64,000 nucleotides of DNA from Bacilli bacterium. Lineage in GTDB: Bacteria; Bacillota_I; Bacilli_A; RF39; UBA660. The translations under genes were made by a program, and so were the position numbers. The stretch spans positions 16,678 to 80,677 of the forward strand of contig JAFWMN010000032.1 of the NCBI GenBank assembly GCA_017513865.1, given 5' to 3'. This document shows, piece after piece, positions 1-8,893 of this stretch (positions within the stretch are counted from its first letter, which is position 1; each line of letters starts with the position of its first letter). The notes below the pieces were generated by a model. That model made no database searches, was not told the DNA's origin, and worked only from the letters and a program-made list of their open reading frames with translations.

Positions 1-415
1 TAAAGATAAAACTATGAAAGAATTCACTAGAAGAATAAGAAACGAATTTCAATTTATGCCATATGCTCCCATCGTATTTTTATCAGCTTTAACTAAAAAA
101 AGAATTCATACTTTAATGCCACAAATAATAAAAGCAAATGAAAATGCCCACAGAGAAATTAAAACAAGTGCCTTAAATAGTGTTATAACTGATGCTTATG
201 CTTTAAACTTACCACCAACATATAAGAATAAAAGATTAAAAATATATTTTGCTAATCAAGTAAATACTTGTCCTCCAACCTTTAATATTAGGGTTAATAG
301 TAAAGGACTAATTCATTTCTCATATAAAAGATATTTAGAAAATAAAATCAGAGAAAATTTTGATTTTGAAGGAACACCAATTATTTTAAATTTTAAAAAT
401 AAAGGTGAGGAATAA
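1..415 (+). CDS. der: GTPase Der (EngA), C-terminal KH-like domain; 5' end lies outside the window
   Basis: Frame is open from position 2. The translation (FMPYAPIVFLSALTKKR...KRLKIYFANQVNTCPPTFNIRVN...HFSYKRYLENKIRENFDFEGTPI) matches the conserved C-terminus of Der/EngA. In Bacillus, der lies upstream of spoIVA. Confidence 0.85.
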   Translation, partial: KDKTMKEFTRRIRNEFQFMPYAPIVFLSALTKKRIHTLMPQIIKANENAHREIKTSALNSVITDAYALNLPPTYKNKRLKIYFANQVNTCPPTFNIRVNSKGLIHFSYKRYLENKIRENFDFEGTPIILNFKNKGEE

Positions 416-423
416 CACAAAAC

Positions 424-459
424 AAACCTCCTACATATATTATTCTAGGAGGTTTTAAA
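424..459 (+). terminator. Hairpin AAACCTCCT(N14)AGGAGGTTT followed by TTTTAAAA, a likely der terminator. Its 3' arm also supplies an AGGAGG RBS for the next ORF.
   Basis: 9-bp inverted repeat read directly from the sequence. Confidence 0.4.
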
Positions 460-460
460 A

Positions 461-703
461 TTGAAATTTTCAGATAGTTTTTTTAATAGAGTAGAGAAAA
501 AAACTAAGGTTAATAAAGAAACCATATTAAATTTAGCTGAAAAGTTAAGACAAAATGATATGAAAAATGAAGGAACATTAAGAGAAGTAATAAATGAATT
601 AAGTAAAATGACCGGAAGAGAAGTGTCTAAAGAAAAACAGGATAAAATAATTGAAGCGGTTATTAATGATAAAGTGCCAAAAGATATAGATAAGATGTTA
701 TAA
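461..703 (+). CDS. Small hypothetical protein (80 aa, TTG start) between der and spoIVA. Possibly sporulation-associated, family not recognised with confidence.
   Basis: ORF with AGGAGG 8 nt upstream of the TTG start. It overlaps an antisense ORF (445..717) that I consider spurious. Confidence 0.35.
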   Translation: MKFSDSFFNRVEKKTKVNKETILNLAEKLRQNDMKNEGTLREVINELSKMTGREVSKEKQDKIIEAVINDKVPKDIDKML

Positions 704-764
704 ACATCTTTTTTCATATATAAAAAACAAAAACATATATTTAAATAGATTACAGGAGGTAAAT

Positions 765-1127
765 ATGGAAAAAATAGATATTATTAAAAATATCACCGAA
801 AGAACAGGTGGTGATATATATTTAGGTGTAGTAGGAGCTGTTAGAACAGGAAAATCAACCTTTATAAAAAAATTTTTAGAAAATCTAGTTGTCCCAAATA
901 TTGAAGACGAATATGAAAGAAAAAGAACCTTAGATGAAATACCACAATCAGCAAAAGGAAAAACAATTATGACTACCGAACCAAAATTTGTTCCAAGCAA
1001 TGCCACCAAGATAAAAATAGATGACTTTAGTGCCAATGTTAGATTAGTTGACTGTGTTGGGTATATTATCGATGGAGCTAAAGGTTATGAGGACGAAAAT
1101 GGTCCACGAATGGTCCACACCCCTTGG
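765..1127 (+). CDS. spoIVA: Stage IV sporulation protein A (SpoIVA), 5' segment. The gene is interrupted after the Trp codon at 1125..1127 by the ICE.
   Basis: MEKIDIIKNITERTGGDIYLGVVGAVRTGKSTFIKKF...MTTEPKFVP...RLVDCVGY...KGYEDENGPRMVHTPW is near-identical to the SpoIVA N-terminus, including the Walker A motif GAVRTGKST. The reading frame then runs into unrelated sequence and stops at 1145. Confidence 0.9.
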
Positions 1128-1248
1128 GTGCAATTGATTATGTGATACCCCTAAATAATAAATAAAAAATCCCCGATAAAAAAAGGGCTAAAGGCAAAAT
1201 TTCACTTTATTAGTCAAAAGCTAAAAAACAAGAAAGTGAGATTTTTTT

Positions 1249-2238
1249 ATGAAAAATGAAGAAATTTTAGAAAAAGATGAATTAATACCTTTGCTGATAA
1301 AATATGTCAAAGTAAATAGAGTAGTTTTTCCTATTGAAAAGGTTAAGTATTTATCCAATGAAGAAGTTATAGAACTTTTAAAAGAATGTATTGAAAGCAA
1401 AATAATTTATAATCCGAATAATAAGTTAGTAGATGAAGTATCCCTATTAAGGGACGAAGATTTAAAAGTTATATTTAATCTCATGAAAGAAAGTATGAAT
1501 AATATTAATTATGATTATAAGACAGACATAGAAGAGTTAATGATCAATGTTAATTTAAGAAAAAAAGGAAAATCATTTAGTTTTCAAGAACACTTAAAAG
1601 CATTAATTATTGCATTACTTTCAAATCATAGATGGGGTGATAATAATATAAGAGAAAATATGGAAACTATTGATAATATTTTTCATAACTATGATAAGAA
1701 TTATTTAAAGGTAGTTAATCCAAGTATTTTAGTTAATAAGTTAAGAAAAATTCATTGCACTAATCCAATGATAAATAATCAAATGAAAGCATTATCTAAA
1801 AACATAATAGTGTTAGAGAAAATTGAAAAAGATTATGGTAGTCTAGATAAATTTGTTAATAAAGAAATGCCTAATGATATTGCCAACATGTTTAATGATG
1901 GAAAGTATAAGATGATACAAGTTGGACGAGCTTTTTCATACGATTATTTAAAACGAGTAGGTGTTAATACTTGTAAAACGAGTTCGGGACTACAAAGGTT
2001 ATTCGGCAGTCATAGATTAGGAATAGTTAAAAATCATAAAGCGACAGAACAACAGGTATTAAATATTATTAAAAAAATAGCAATATTAAATAACTGTGAT
2101 GAGATAATCGTTGAATCAATTATAGGACAATTTTGCTTATTAAGATCTGCCAATATATGTGGTAAAAACGCTAATTGTGAGAGATGTAAAATAAGAAATT
2201 ATTGTCATTACAATAAGAAAAATGAAGTAAATATTTAA
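1249..2238 (+). CDS. Hypothetical protein (329 aa) with a C-terminal Cys cluster (C-x7-C-x5-C-x2-C-x5-C). Possibly an Fe-S or HhH-GPD-like nucleic-acid enzyme.
   Basis: ORF with RBS. The cysteine spacing CERCKIRNYC resembles the endonuclease III-type 4Fe-4S loop. This is weak. Confidence 0.45.
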   Translation: MKNEEILEKDELIPLLIKYVKVNRVVFPIEKVKYLSNEEVIELLKECIESKIIYNPNNKLVDEVSLLRDEDLKVIFNLMKESMNNINYDYKTDIEELMINVNLRKKGKSFSFQEHLKALIIALLSNHRWGDNNIRENMETIDNIFHNYDKNYLKVVNPSILVNKLRKIHCTNPMINNQMKALSKNIIVLEKIEKDYGSLDKFVNKEMPNDIANMFNDGKYKMIQVGRAFSYDYLKRVGVNTCKTSSGLQRLFGSHRLGIVKNHKATEQQVLNIIKKIAILNNCDEIIVESIIGQFCLLRSANICGKNANCERCKIRNYCHYNKKNEVNI

Positions 2239-2331
2239 CACTAATTGGCTTACTTTTGTTCCACAAAATGATATAATGTAGGTACGAAAGTAAATGTGTG
2301 ATAAGTATGAATAACGAAGAATAATTAAAAG

Positions 2332-2532
2332 ATGATTAAAGTATTAAATCAAATGTTAATATTACTGATATTAGAGAAGAAGATGAATATGGTGATAATA
2401 AATATCATTAAAAAAATAGCAAAGCTTAATATTTGTGAAGAAGTTGTAGTAGAATCAATAATTAATCAATTCAGTTTATTAAGGTCTGCCAATATATGTG
2501 GAAAATATACTGTAATTACAACAAGAAATTAG
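2332..2532 (+). pseudogene. Truncated paralogous fragment of the C-terminus of the 1249..2238 protein
   Basis: IIKKIAKLNICEEVVVESIINQFSLLRSANICGK aligns with IIKKIAILNNCDEIIVESIIGQFCLLRSANICGK of the upstream gene. It then terminates early and lacks the remaining cysteines. Confidence 0.45.
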
Positions 2533-2613
2533 TTCAAAGTTAAAATATTATACATAGCTGTCTTATTAATTTAAGGCAGCATTTTTATGTTAGAAAGAGA
2601 GGTGAAAAAAAAG

Positions 2614-3450
2614 ATGCCTGATTGCAAAGTTATAGCTGTTGCTAATCAAAAAGGTGGAGTAGGTAAAACTACAACTACATTTAATCTAGGAGCCGCCCTC
2701 GCTAGAAATGGCAAAAAAGTATTACTAGTAGATTCTGATCCTCAAGGAGATTTAACAACTTACATGGGTTATGGACCAAATGATTTTGAATTATCACTTT
2801 CTATGTTATTTTTTGATTATATTAGTGATAATCCAGAGTTAGATATTAAAGATAGCATTTTACATCATGACGAAAAAGTAGATTTAATTCCATCAGATAT
2901 AGATTTATCCACTTTTGAAATGATTACTCAAAATGAAATGAGTAGAGAAACTTTAATGAAAAATATGCTCCATAATATAAAAGCTTATTATGACTATATT
3001 ATAATTGATTGTCAGCCTAGTTTAGGTCTATTAACAGTTAATGCTTTATCTATGGCAAATAGCGTTATTATACCTGTACAAACACATTATTTGGATGAGA
3101 AAGGTATGCATGGTTTGATCTCATCCATAAAAAAAGTTAGAGAACGAATAAATCCTGATTTAAAAGTAGATGGTATTCTTCAAACAATGGTTTCATTAAA
3201 TACTAATTTGTTTAAAGAAATGAGTCAGAGATTCAAAGATACTTATGGTACAGTATTTAATATTTATAAAACGCAGATTCCAAGAGCTGTTAAAGCAGCA
3301 GAATCAACATTTACTGGTAAAAGTGTATTCGAATATGATAAAAATGGTAAAGTAACAAAAGCTTATGAAGAACTTGCAAAAGAGGTATTAATGAATCATG
3401 AAAGAGAAAGAAAAAAAGGAACTCGCACGAAAGAAATTTTCAGTAGATGA
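2614..3450 (+). CDS. parA: ParA/Soj-family partition ATPase
   Basis: Deviant Walker [10 protein letters not shown], plus DSDPQG and [10 protein letters not shown] motifs. ATG at 2614 follows a GAGGTG RBS. The ORF track start at 2587 is probably too early. Confidence 0.85.
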   Translation: MPDCKVIAVANQKGGVGKTTTTFNLGAALARNGKKVLLVDSDPQGDLTTYMGYGPNDFELSLSMLFFDYISDNPELDIKDSILHHDEKVDLIPSDIDLSTFEMITQNEMSRETLMKNMLHNIKAYYDYIIIDCQPSLGLLTVNALSMANSVIIPVQTHYLDEKGMHGLISSIKKVRERINPDLKVDGILQTMVSLNTNLFKEMSQRFKDTYGTVFNIYKTQIPRAVKAAESTFTGKSVFEYDKNGKVTKAYEELAKEVLMNHERERKKGTRTKEIFSR

Positions 3451-4372
3451 TTTTTTTACCACACAAGAGCAGAGGGATGATGAAAAGAAAGAAAAAGTTA
3501 ATGAAATTGATATATCATTAATTGATGACTTTCCGAATCATCCTTTTAAAGTGCTCGAAAATGAAGAGTTAAAGAAATTAGCCGAAAGTATATACGATAC
3601 AGGTGTACTTGTACCGACATTAGTGAGACCGAAAGCTGATGGTAGATACGAAATGATCTCTGGTCATAGGAGAAAGAAGGCAAGTGAAATAGCAGGAATA
3701 AAAACTATCCCATGTATTGTAAGAGAACTTACTGATGATGAAGCAACAATAATAATGGTTGATAGTAACTTACAAAGAGAAAAAATACTTCCTAGTGAAA
3801 AAGCATTTGCTTATAAAATGAGAAACGATGCATTAAATCATCAAGGACAAAGAAATGACTTAACTTCTGACCGAATCGGACAAAAGTTAAATTCAAGAGA
3901 TATAATTGCATCAAAAACAGATGACAGTTCAACACAAATACAAAGGTATATCAGATTAACCTTTTTAATACCAGAATTATTAGAAATGGTAGATAATGCT
4001 GCATTAGGGGAAAAGCCATGTATTTCATTTTCTCCAGCAATAGAAATTTCGTATTTACAAGAAGATGAGCAATTAGTACTTCTAGATACAATCGAATTTA
4101 CAGATGCCACACCATCACTTTCTCAAGCTATAAGGCTTAAAAAATTAAGTCAAGAAGCTGCTAAAGAAAATAAAATATTAGATTCATATGTTATTGAAGA
4201 TATTTTAGGTGAAGAAAAACCAAATCAAATTCCAAAACTAAAATTTGATGAATCAAAAATTAGAAAAGTATTACCAAAAGGTATAGACAATAATGATATT
4301 GAAGATTTTGTTGTTAAGTCAATTGAATACTATACAAAACATCTAAGACAGAGAAGTAGTGAGGCGAGATAA
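3398..4372 (+). CDS. parB: ParB/Spo0J-like nuclease-domain partition protein
   Basis: ParB box GHRR ([23 protein letters not shown]). Overlaps the end of parA in operon arrangement. Confidence 0.8.
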   Translation: MKEKEKKELARKKFSVDDFFTTQEQRDDEKKEKVNEIDISLIDDFPNHPFKVLENEELKKLAESIYDTGVLVPTLVRPKADGRYEMISGHRRKKASEIAGIKTIPCIVRELTDDEATIIMVDSNLQREKILPSEKAFAYKMRNDALNHQGQRNDLTSDRIGQKLNSRDIIASKTDDSSTQIQRYIRLTFLIPELLEMVDNAALGEKPCISFSPAIEISYLQEDEQLVLLDTIEFTDATPSLSQAIRLKKLSQEAAKENKILDSYVIEDILGEEKPNQIPKLKFDESKIRKVLPKGIDNNDIEDFVVKSIEYYTKHLRQRSSEAR

Positions 4373-4541
4373 ATTGTATATACATTTTACGCAATTTCCC
4401 CTCTTATAATCTCCCCTTATACTAACTATTAATTACTAACTGAAAAAACTATATTATATATTTATATATTAATATATAGTATTCGCACATTTTACAAAAT
4501 AAAATAATTAGAATATTATGTTAGCCAAAGAGGTGATTTAG

Positions 4542-5117
4542 TTGTTTAAAAAGATTTTATATTTATTTTTAGTATTTGTTTTAATATTCATGGGTGTTAG
4601 GTATAGTAAGCAAGTTACTCAAAAAAAGAATAATTTATCAAAAAATAAGACACAAATTAGACAAAATAAAAATCAAAAAGAAAAAAAGAATGAAGTAGAC
4701 AGTAAAGGTGCAGAAGAAAAGCAACCTGAAAGTGGTGAACAAAGCACAAATGAAGAAATCAATGAAAAGCAAAGTACTAATAAAACACAACCTTCCAATT
4801 CTTCAGCCAGTAGCCCAAAAGGGATAGGTGGTTCTAATGTACAAAATAATTCAAGTAGTGTTCCTAAAAATGAAAATGTGCAGAGAAATGATGTACAAAC
4901 TGATTCCAATCCTTCAAATGTACAAGAAACCCAAAATCCCGATGAAATAGATACAAATCATATTTTGTATTCTAATCATCATGGGCAAATAACTGAAAAT
5001 TGCGAAGAAAAAGGTTTTAAAATGCAGATTGAAAATCCTGACATGGGTAGTTTTTCATGCGTACCTGTTTATACTGTTTCTGGAAAAATTAAAGGATATT
5101 ATTTAGACATACATTAA
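4542..5117 (+). CDS. Secreted/membrane-anchored low-complexity (Ser/Asn/Gln-rich) protein
   Basis: N-terminal hydrophobic anchor LYLFLVFVLIFMGV followed by a low-complexity region. RBS GAGGTG. Confidence 0.45.
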   Translation: MFKKILYLFLVFVLIFMGVRYSKQVTQKKNNLSKNKTQIRQNKNQKEKKNEVDSKGAEEKQPESGEQSTNEEINEKQSTNKTQPSNSSASSPKGIGGSNVQNNSSSVPKNENVQRNDVQTDSNPSNVQETQNPDEIDTNHILYSNHHGQITENCEEKGFKMQIENPDMGSFSCVPVYTVSGKIKGYYLDIH

Positions 5118-5140
5118 GCAGCTTAAAAGCTGTTTTTTGT
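5118..5140 (+). terminator. Rho-independent terminator (CAGCTT aaa AGCTG followed by a T-run)
   Basis: Read directly from the sequence after the stop at 5117. Confidence 0.45.
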
Positions 5141-5162
5141 TTGAAGTTAGGAGGAAAAATTT

Positions 5163-6989
5163 ATGAGGAAAAAGATATTATTAACGATTTTTACAATGAT
5201 ACTTTGTATGCCTATATTAAGCTTAAAAGTAAAGGCAGCTGATAATGATTCAAATATTAGTTATCAGAAAATAGATGGTGTGTATTTTTATTTGGTAAAT
5301 AATTCTACAGGAGCTGTTGATACAAATCATGTAACTAAATTTTTCTTAAACGGAAAAATTGCTTATTGTATTGAACCAATGGTGGATATTAATACAAGAG
5401 TTTATAGTTCTACTAATGACTGGAATGTTACTGGACTAAGCGTAGAAAATAGAAGATATATTGAAAGAGTTGGATACTTTGGATATGAATATGCAGGTCA
5501 TGGTAATGATAGATATTGGCTTGCTGCTCAGCAATTAATTTGGGAAAAAGTAAATCCAAATGTTTCAGCTAAATTTACTACTGGGGCCAATGGTTCTGGA
5601 GAAGTGATTGACTTATCACCTGAAAGAAATGAAATAATAAATTTGATGAATACCTATGATATGAAAGCATCATTCCATAATACAACTATTGAAGGTTATA
5701 TTGGTGATGAATTTACAGTAGAAGATACAAATGGTGTATTAAATACATTTCAAATTCACTATAACGGAAAACATCAAATTACTCAAAATGGAAATAGTGT
5801 AACTATCAAATTAAACGATAAAGCTATGGGTGATGAAGTGGTAGAGTTTAGAAAATCAAACTACGATAATGAAGTTTCAATTATTTATTACAATGGAGCA
5901 TCACAAAAGCTTGCTTCACTTAGAATATCAGATCCAGCTTCTACATTCTTTAGATTAAAAAGTAAAGGTGCAGATGTTATAGTGGAGAAAAAAGGAGAAA
6001 ATGTAGTATTTGAAAATGCTAGTTATCACTATGAAGAAGTACCTTTAAAAGATACAGTATTTCCTGTTTACGCCAATGAAAATATAACAGATTTAAATGG
6101 GAATACAGTTTATAAAAAATATGATTTAGTTGGTACTTTATCAACAAATGAAGATGGATTTAGTCAGTTAAATGATATTTATTATGGTAAATATTTTACA
6201 GTAGAAGGAGAGACAGATCCTAAGCATGTAATAGATGATAAAAAGTACGAATTTGAAATTACAAAGGGAGACTTAATTGATGGCAAATTAGTTAAAACTC
6301 TCAATTTTAAAAATTTTATGAAGAAAGGTACATTTGAATTAACTAAGACAGATTTAGTTACAGGAGAAGTTATACCAAATACAGGAATTCAAATATTTAC
6401 AGAGGAAGATAGACTAATCTTTACTGGGGTAACAGATGAAAATGGTAAAATAGTTATTACTGATATTCCTGTTGGCGTTAAACTTTATATGATTGAGAAA
6501 AATCCAGCTACAGGTTATCAAATCACAGATGAAAAGATTTTCTTTGAAATAACTGAAAACGGTGAAATAGTAAAAGCCAACATGACAAATGAAAAAATTA
6601 AAGGTACACTAGATTTTACAAAATTAGATATATCAAACGACAAACCTATACCTAATACATTAATTGAAATTTATGATGAAAAAGACAATCTAATTTTTAG
6701 TGGTAGAACTGATGAAAACGGTAAAATAATAATCGAAAACTTAGAGTATGGAAAGTACTATATTTTAGAAAAAGAAGCTCCAAAAGGATATAAACTTAAT
6801 CCTGAAAAAATGTGGTTCGAGATAAAAACAGATGGTGAAATAGTTAAAGCTGTAATGAAAGATGAACTTGAAATAATCGAAGTACCTAACACTAAAAAGA
6901 ATGAAAAATATGAAGTAATAATAGGTGGAACTATTATTCTTGTTTTAGGAATAGGAGTTGTATTATTTGCTACTAAAAAAATTAAATAA
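5163..6989 (+). CDS. Cell-wall-anchored surface adhesin with repeated CnaB/prealbumin-like domains and a C-terminal sorting signal
   Basis: Signal peptide, then repeated G(K)YY..EK.AP.GY units typical of CnaB-type domains. The C-terminal VPNTK motif is followed by a hydrophobic helix and a KKIK tail. Confidence 0.65.
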   Translation: MRKKILLTIFTMILCMPILSLKVKAADNDSNISYQKIDGVYFYLVNNSTGAVDTNHVTKFFLNGKIAYCIEPMVDINTRVYSSTNDWNVTGLSVENRRYIERVGYFGYEYAGHGNDRYWLAAQQLIWEKVNPNVSAKFTTGANGSGEVIDLSPERNEIINLMNTYDMKASFHNTTIEGYIGDEFTVEDTNGVLNTFQIHYNGKHQITQNGNSVTIKLNDKAMGDEVVEFRKSNYDNEVSIIYYNGASQKLASLRISDPASTFFRLKSKGADVIVEKKGENVVFENASYHYEEVPLKDTVFPVYANENITDLNGNTVYKKYDLVGTLSTNEDGFSQLNDIYYGKYFTVEGETDPKHVIDDKKYEFEITKGDLIDGKLVKTLNFKNFMKKGTFELTKTDLVTGEVIPNTGIQIFTEEDRLIFTGVTDENGKIVITDIPVGVKLYMIEKNPATGYQITDEKIFFEITENGEIVKANMTNEKIKGTLDFTKLDISNDKPIPNTLIEIYDEKDNLIFSGRTDENGKIIIENLEYGKYYILEKEAPKGYKLNPEKMWFEIKTDGEIVKAVMKDELEIIEVPNTKKNEKYEVIIGGTIILVLGIGVVLFATKKIK

Positions 6990-7572
6990 GAAGATGGTTA
7001 TTATAATCGGCTTTTTATTTGTATTAATTGGTGCCGTAATTATTTATTGTTATTGCTCTTCTAAAATAATAGAAAAAAATATAGAAGAAAAGTCTATTGA
7101 AAGATTTTATTCTAATAATAAAAAGGCAGAAAGAAGTGAAGATATTTCTGATAGCAAAATAGATAATAATGTTATTAATTATATTGGAGTTATAAAGATT
7201 CCTAAAATAAATTTGGAAAAAGGATTTACAGCAAAAGACGATAAAAACAATGATGTAGAAAAAGGAATTAAAATATTAGAAAAATCTGATTATCCGAACA
7301 AAGATAAAGGTAATGTAATACTTGCATCACATTCAGGAACTGCAAGTATTTCATACTTTAAAAATCTTTATAAACTTTCAAATGGTGACGAGGTTTTAAT
7401 TATCTATAATGGTAATACTTATAACTATAAAGTTTCATCAAAATATAAAATAGATAAAACTGGATATGCAAAAATCAAACGAGATAATTCAAAAAGAACT
7501 CTTACATTAATAACATGCGAGGGTGATGATAAACAAATAGTAGTTATATGTGAACTTAACAATATTACATGA
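6958..7572 (+). CDS. Sortase (dedicated, likely class B/C) for the upstream adhesin
   Basis: N-terminal TM helix, conserved His (LASHSG) and the catalytic TLITCEG motif. Overlaps the adhesin gene. Confidence 0.7.
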   Translation: MYYLLLKKLNKKMVIIIGFLFVLIGAVIIYCYCSSKIIEKNIEEKSIERFYSNNKKAERSEDISDSKIDNNVINYIGVIKIPKINLEKGFTAKDDKNNDVEKGIKILEKSDYPNKDKGNVILASHSGTASISYFKNLYKLSNGDEVLIIYNGNTYNYKVSSKYKIDKTGYAKIKRDNSKRTLTLITCEGDDKQIVVICELNNIT

Positions 7573-7585
7573 ATGAGGTGGTAAA

Positions 7586-7792
7586 TTGAAAAATAATAAT
7601 TATATGAACAAGGTAAGACTATTAAAGAAAATAATAGATGCTGGATATAATACAAGAGAAAAGATAATAAAAATGAATATGAGTGATGTTAATAGACTTA
7701 AAGGTTTAACAATACAAGATTTTCATTTGATTAATGAATTAATTCCAATGATAAAAAGTAGAAAACTATTAGAGTTTTTAACTGAAATGTAA
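7586..7792 (+). CDS. Small hypothetical protein (68 aa)
   Basis: ORF with a GAGGTGG RBS. Confidence 0.35.
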   Translation: MKNNNYMNKVRLLKKIIDAGYNTREKIIKMNMSDVNRLKGLTIQDFHLINELIPMIKSRKLLEFLTEM

Positions 7793-7802
7793 AAAAATTT
7801 TT

Positions 7803-7830
7803 AAGCACTCTTAAATTGAGTGCTTTTTAA
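7803..7830 (+). terminator. Rho-independent terminator (AAGCACTC ttaaatt GAGTGCTT TTT)
   Basis: Perfect 8-bp stem followed by a T-run. Confidence 0.55.
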
Positions 7831-7838
7831 CATTTTAA

Positions 7839-8183
7839 ATGAAGGGAGATGGTTTAATGCCATTTAAAAAGAGAAAACCTCCAATTAAAGTTGAGGTGTC
7901 AAAAGAAAATTTTAATAAGCTAATAGAGTTAGTATATACTGCAAATGAGATTAATAGTGATGATGTAAAAGAAAAAGCAAATGTATTGAAAGAAAAACTA
8001 TTAAAATATAGTATTCCAACTGAAAAGGAAAATGTTATTATTAGATTATTTCCTTATGAAGCAGAGACTATTATTTATATTTTATTTTCAAGCTCAAAGG
8101 ATTATAAAGTAAACAATAACTATTACAATACTTTGCTTGAAACTAGAAAAAATTTAAAAGAAAGAGGTGAGAGTAATGCTTAA
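7839..8183 (+). CDS. Hypothetical protein (114 aa)
   Basis: ORF with RBS GAAGGGAG. Confidence 0.4.
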   Translation: MKGDGLMPFKKRKPPIKVEVSKENFNKLIELVYTANEINSDDVKEKANVLKEKLLKYSIPTEKENVIIRLFPYEAETIIYILFSSSKDYKVNNNYYNTLLETRKNLKERGESNA

Positions 8184-8520
8184 TCAAGTTGTTTTAGTTG
8201 GTAGACTTGTTACTGAGCCCGAACTTCATAAAACTGAAAACGAAAAGGAAAATGCAAGATTAGTACTTGCTGTTCCTAGAAGTTATAAGAATGAAAATGG
8301 AGAATATGAAACAGATTTTATACCTTGTACAACTTGGGGAACAATTGCACATAATACAGTAGAATACTGTAAAAAAGGTGATTTGATTGGAATTCGTGGA
8401 AGGATTGAAACTTATAATTTTGAAGTAGAAGATGGAAAAAAATATATAACAGAAGTTGTCGCCGAAAAAATTACATTTTTATCTTCTAAGAAAAAAGAAG
8501 AACCACAGGAATCTAGATAA
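8176..8520 (+). CDS. ssb: Single-stranded DNA-binding protein, short ICE/plasmid type
   Basis: MLNQVVLVGRLVTEPEL...TDFIPCTTWG...GDLIGIRGRIETYNFE OB-fold signature. Start ATG at 8176 after a GAGGTGAG RBS. Confidence 0.8.
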   Translation: MLNQVVLVGRLVTEPELHKTENEKENARLVLAVPRSYKNENGEYETDFIPCTTWGTIAHNTVEYCKKGDLIGIRGRIETYNFEVEDGKKYITEVVAEKITFLSSKKKEEPQESR

Positions 8521-8556
8521 ATTTCATATTAGTTAAAAAATGAAAGGTATAAAGTT

Positions 8557-8892
8557 ATGGAAAAGATAGATAATGAAAAAATAAAATCAAAAGCTATTAA
8601 AAAACTAACAGATGAATATTTTGAATTTTACAATAGTTTAAAAAATAAAAGTAAATCTGAAATATTAATAAAAGCTTATGAACTTGTTTGTAAAAATGAA
8701 ATAAAAGAATTATATATGTATGATGATAATAAATTGTCTGATTATAAAGCTATTTTAAAAATGAAAAAACCTTTAGATGAACTTTATAAGGTTTGGCTAT
8801 CGTTTGATGACACAATTTATATGACTATGAAGGAAAACTTACATGTATATATGACAAGAAATAACAAAGTAAATGATAGAATAGAGAGATAG
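8557..8892 (+). CDS. Hypothetical protein (111 aa)
   Basis: ORF only. Confidence 0.4.
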   Translation: MEKIDNEKIKSKAIKKLTDEYFEFYNSLKNKSKSEILIKAYELVCKNEIKELYMYDDNKLSDYKAILKMKKPLDELYKVWLSFDDTIYMTMKENLHVYMTRNNKVNDRIER

Positions 8893-8893
8893 T

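Noticed and set aside
445-717. Minus-strand 90-aa ORF overlapping 461..703
   Set aside because: The plus-strand ORF has an AGGAGG RBS and fits the operon direction. The minus-strand ORF is a hydrophobic, low-complexity AT-rich artefact.
765-1145. The 126-aa ORF looked like a stand-alone small P-loop NTPase
   Set aside because: It is the N-terminal third of SpoIVA. Its last 6 codons (VQLIM-stop) are element-derived and the protein continues at 45213.
3841-4110. Antisense ORFs within parB, the secreted protein, kinase, relaxase, VirB4, Rhs, spoIVA, cca and U32 genes (e.g. 3841..4110, 4673..4909, 12332..12580, 17273..17479, 22080..22280, 31738..32076, 46124..46321, 47536..47790, 62155..62349, 62553..62852)
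   Set aside because: All are embedded antisense in confidently assigned genes and are typical AT-rich spurious ORFs.
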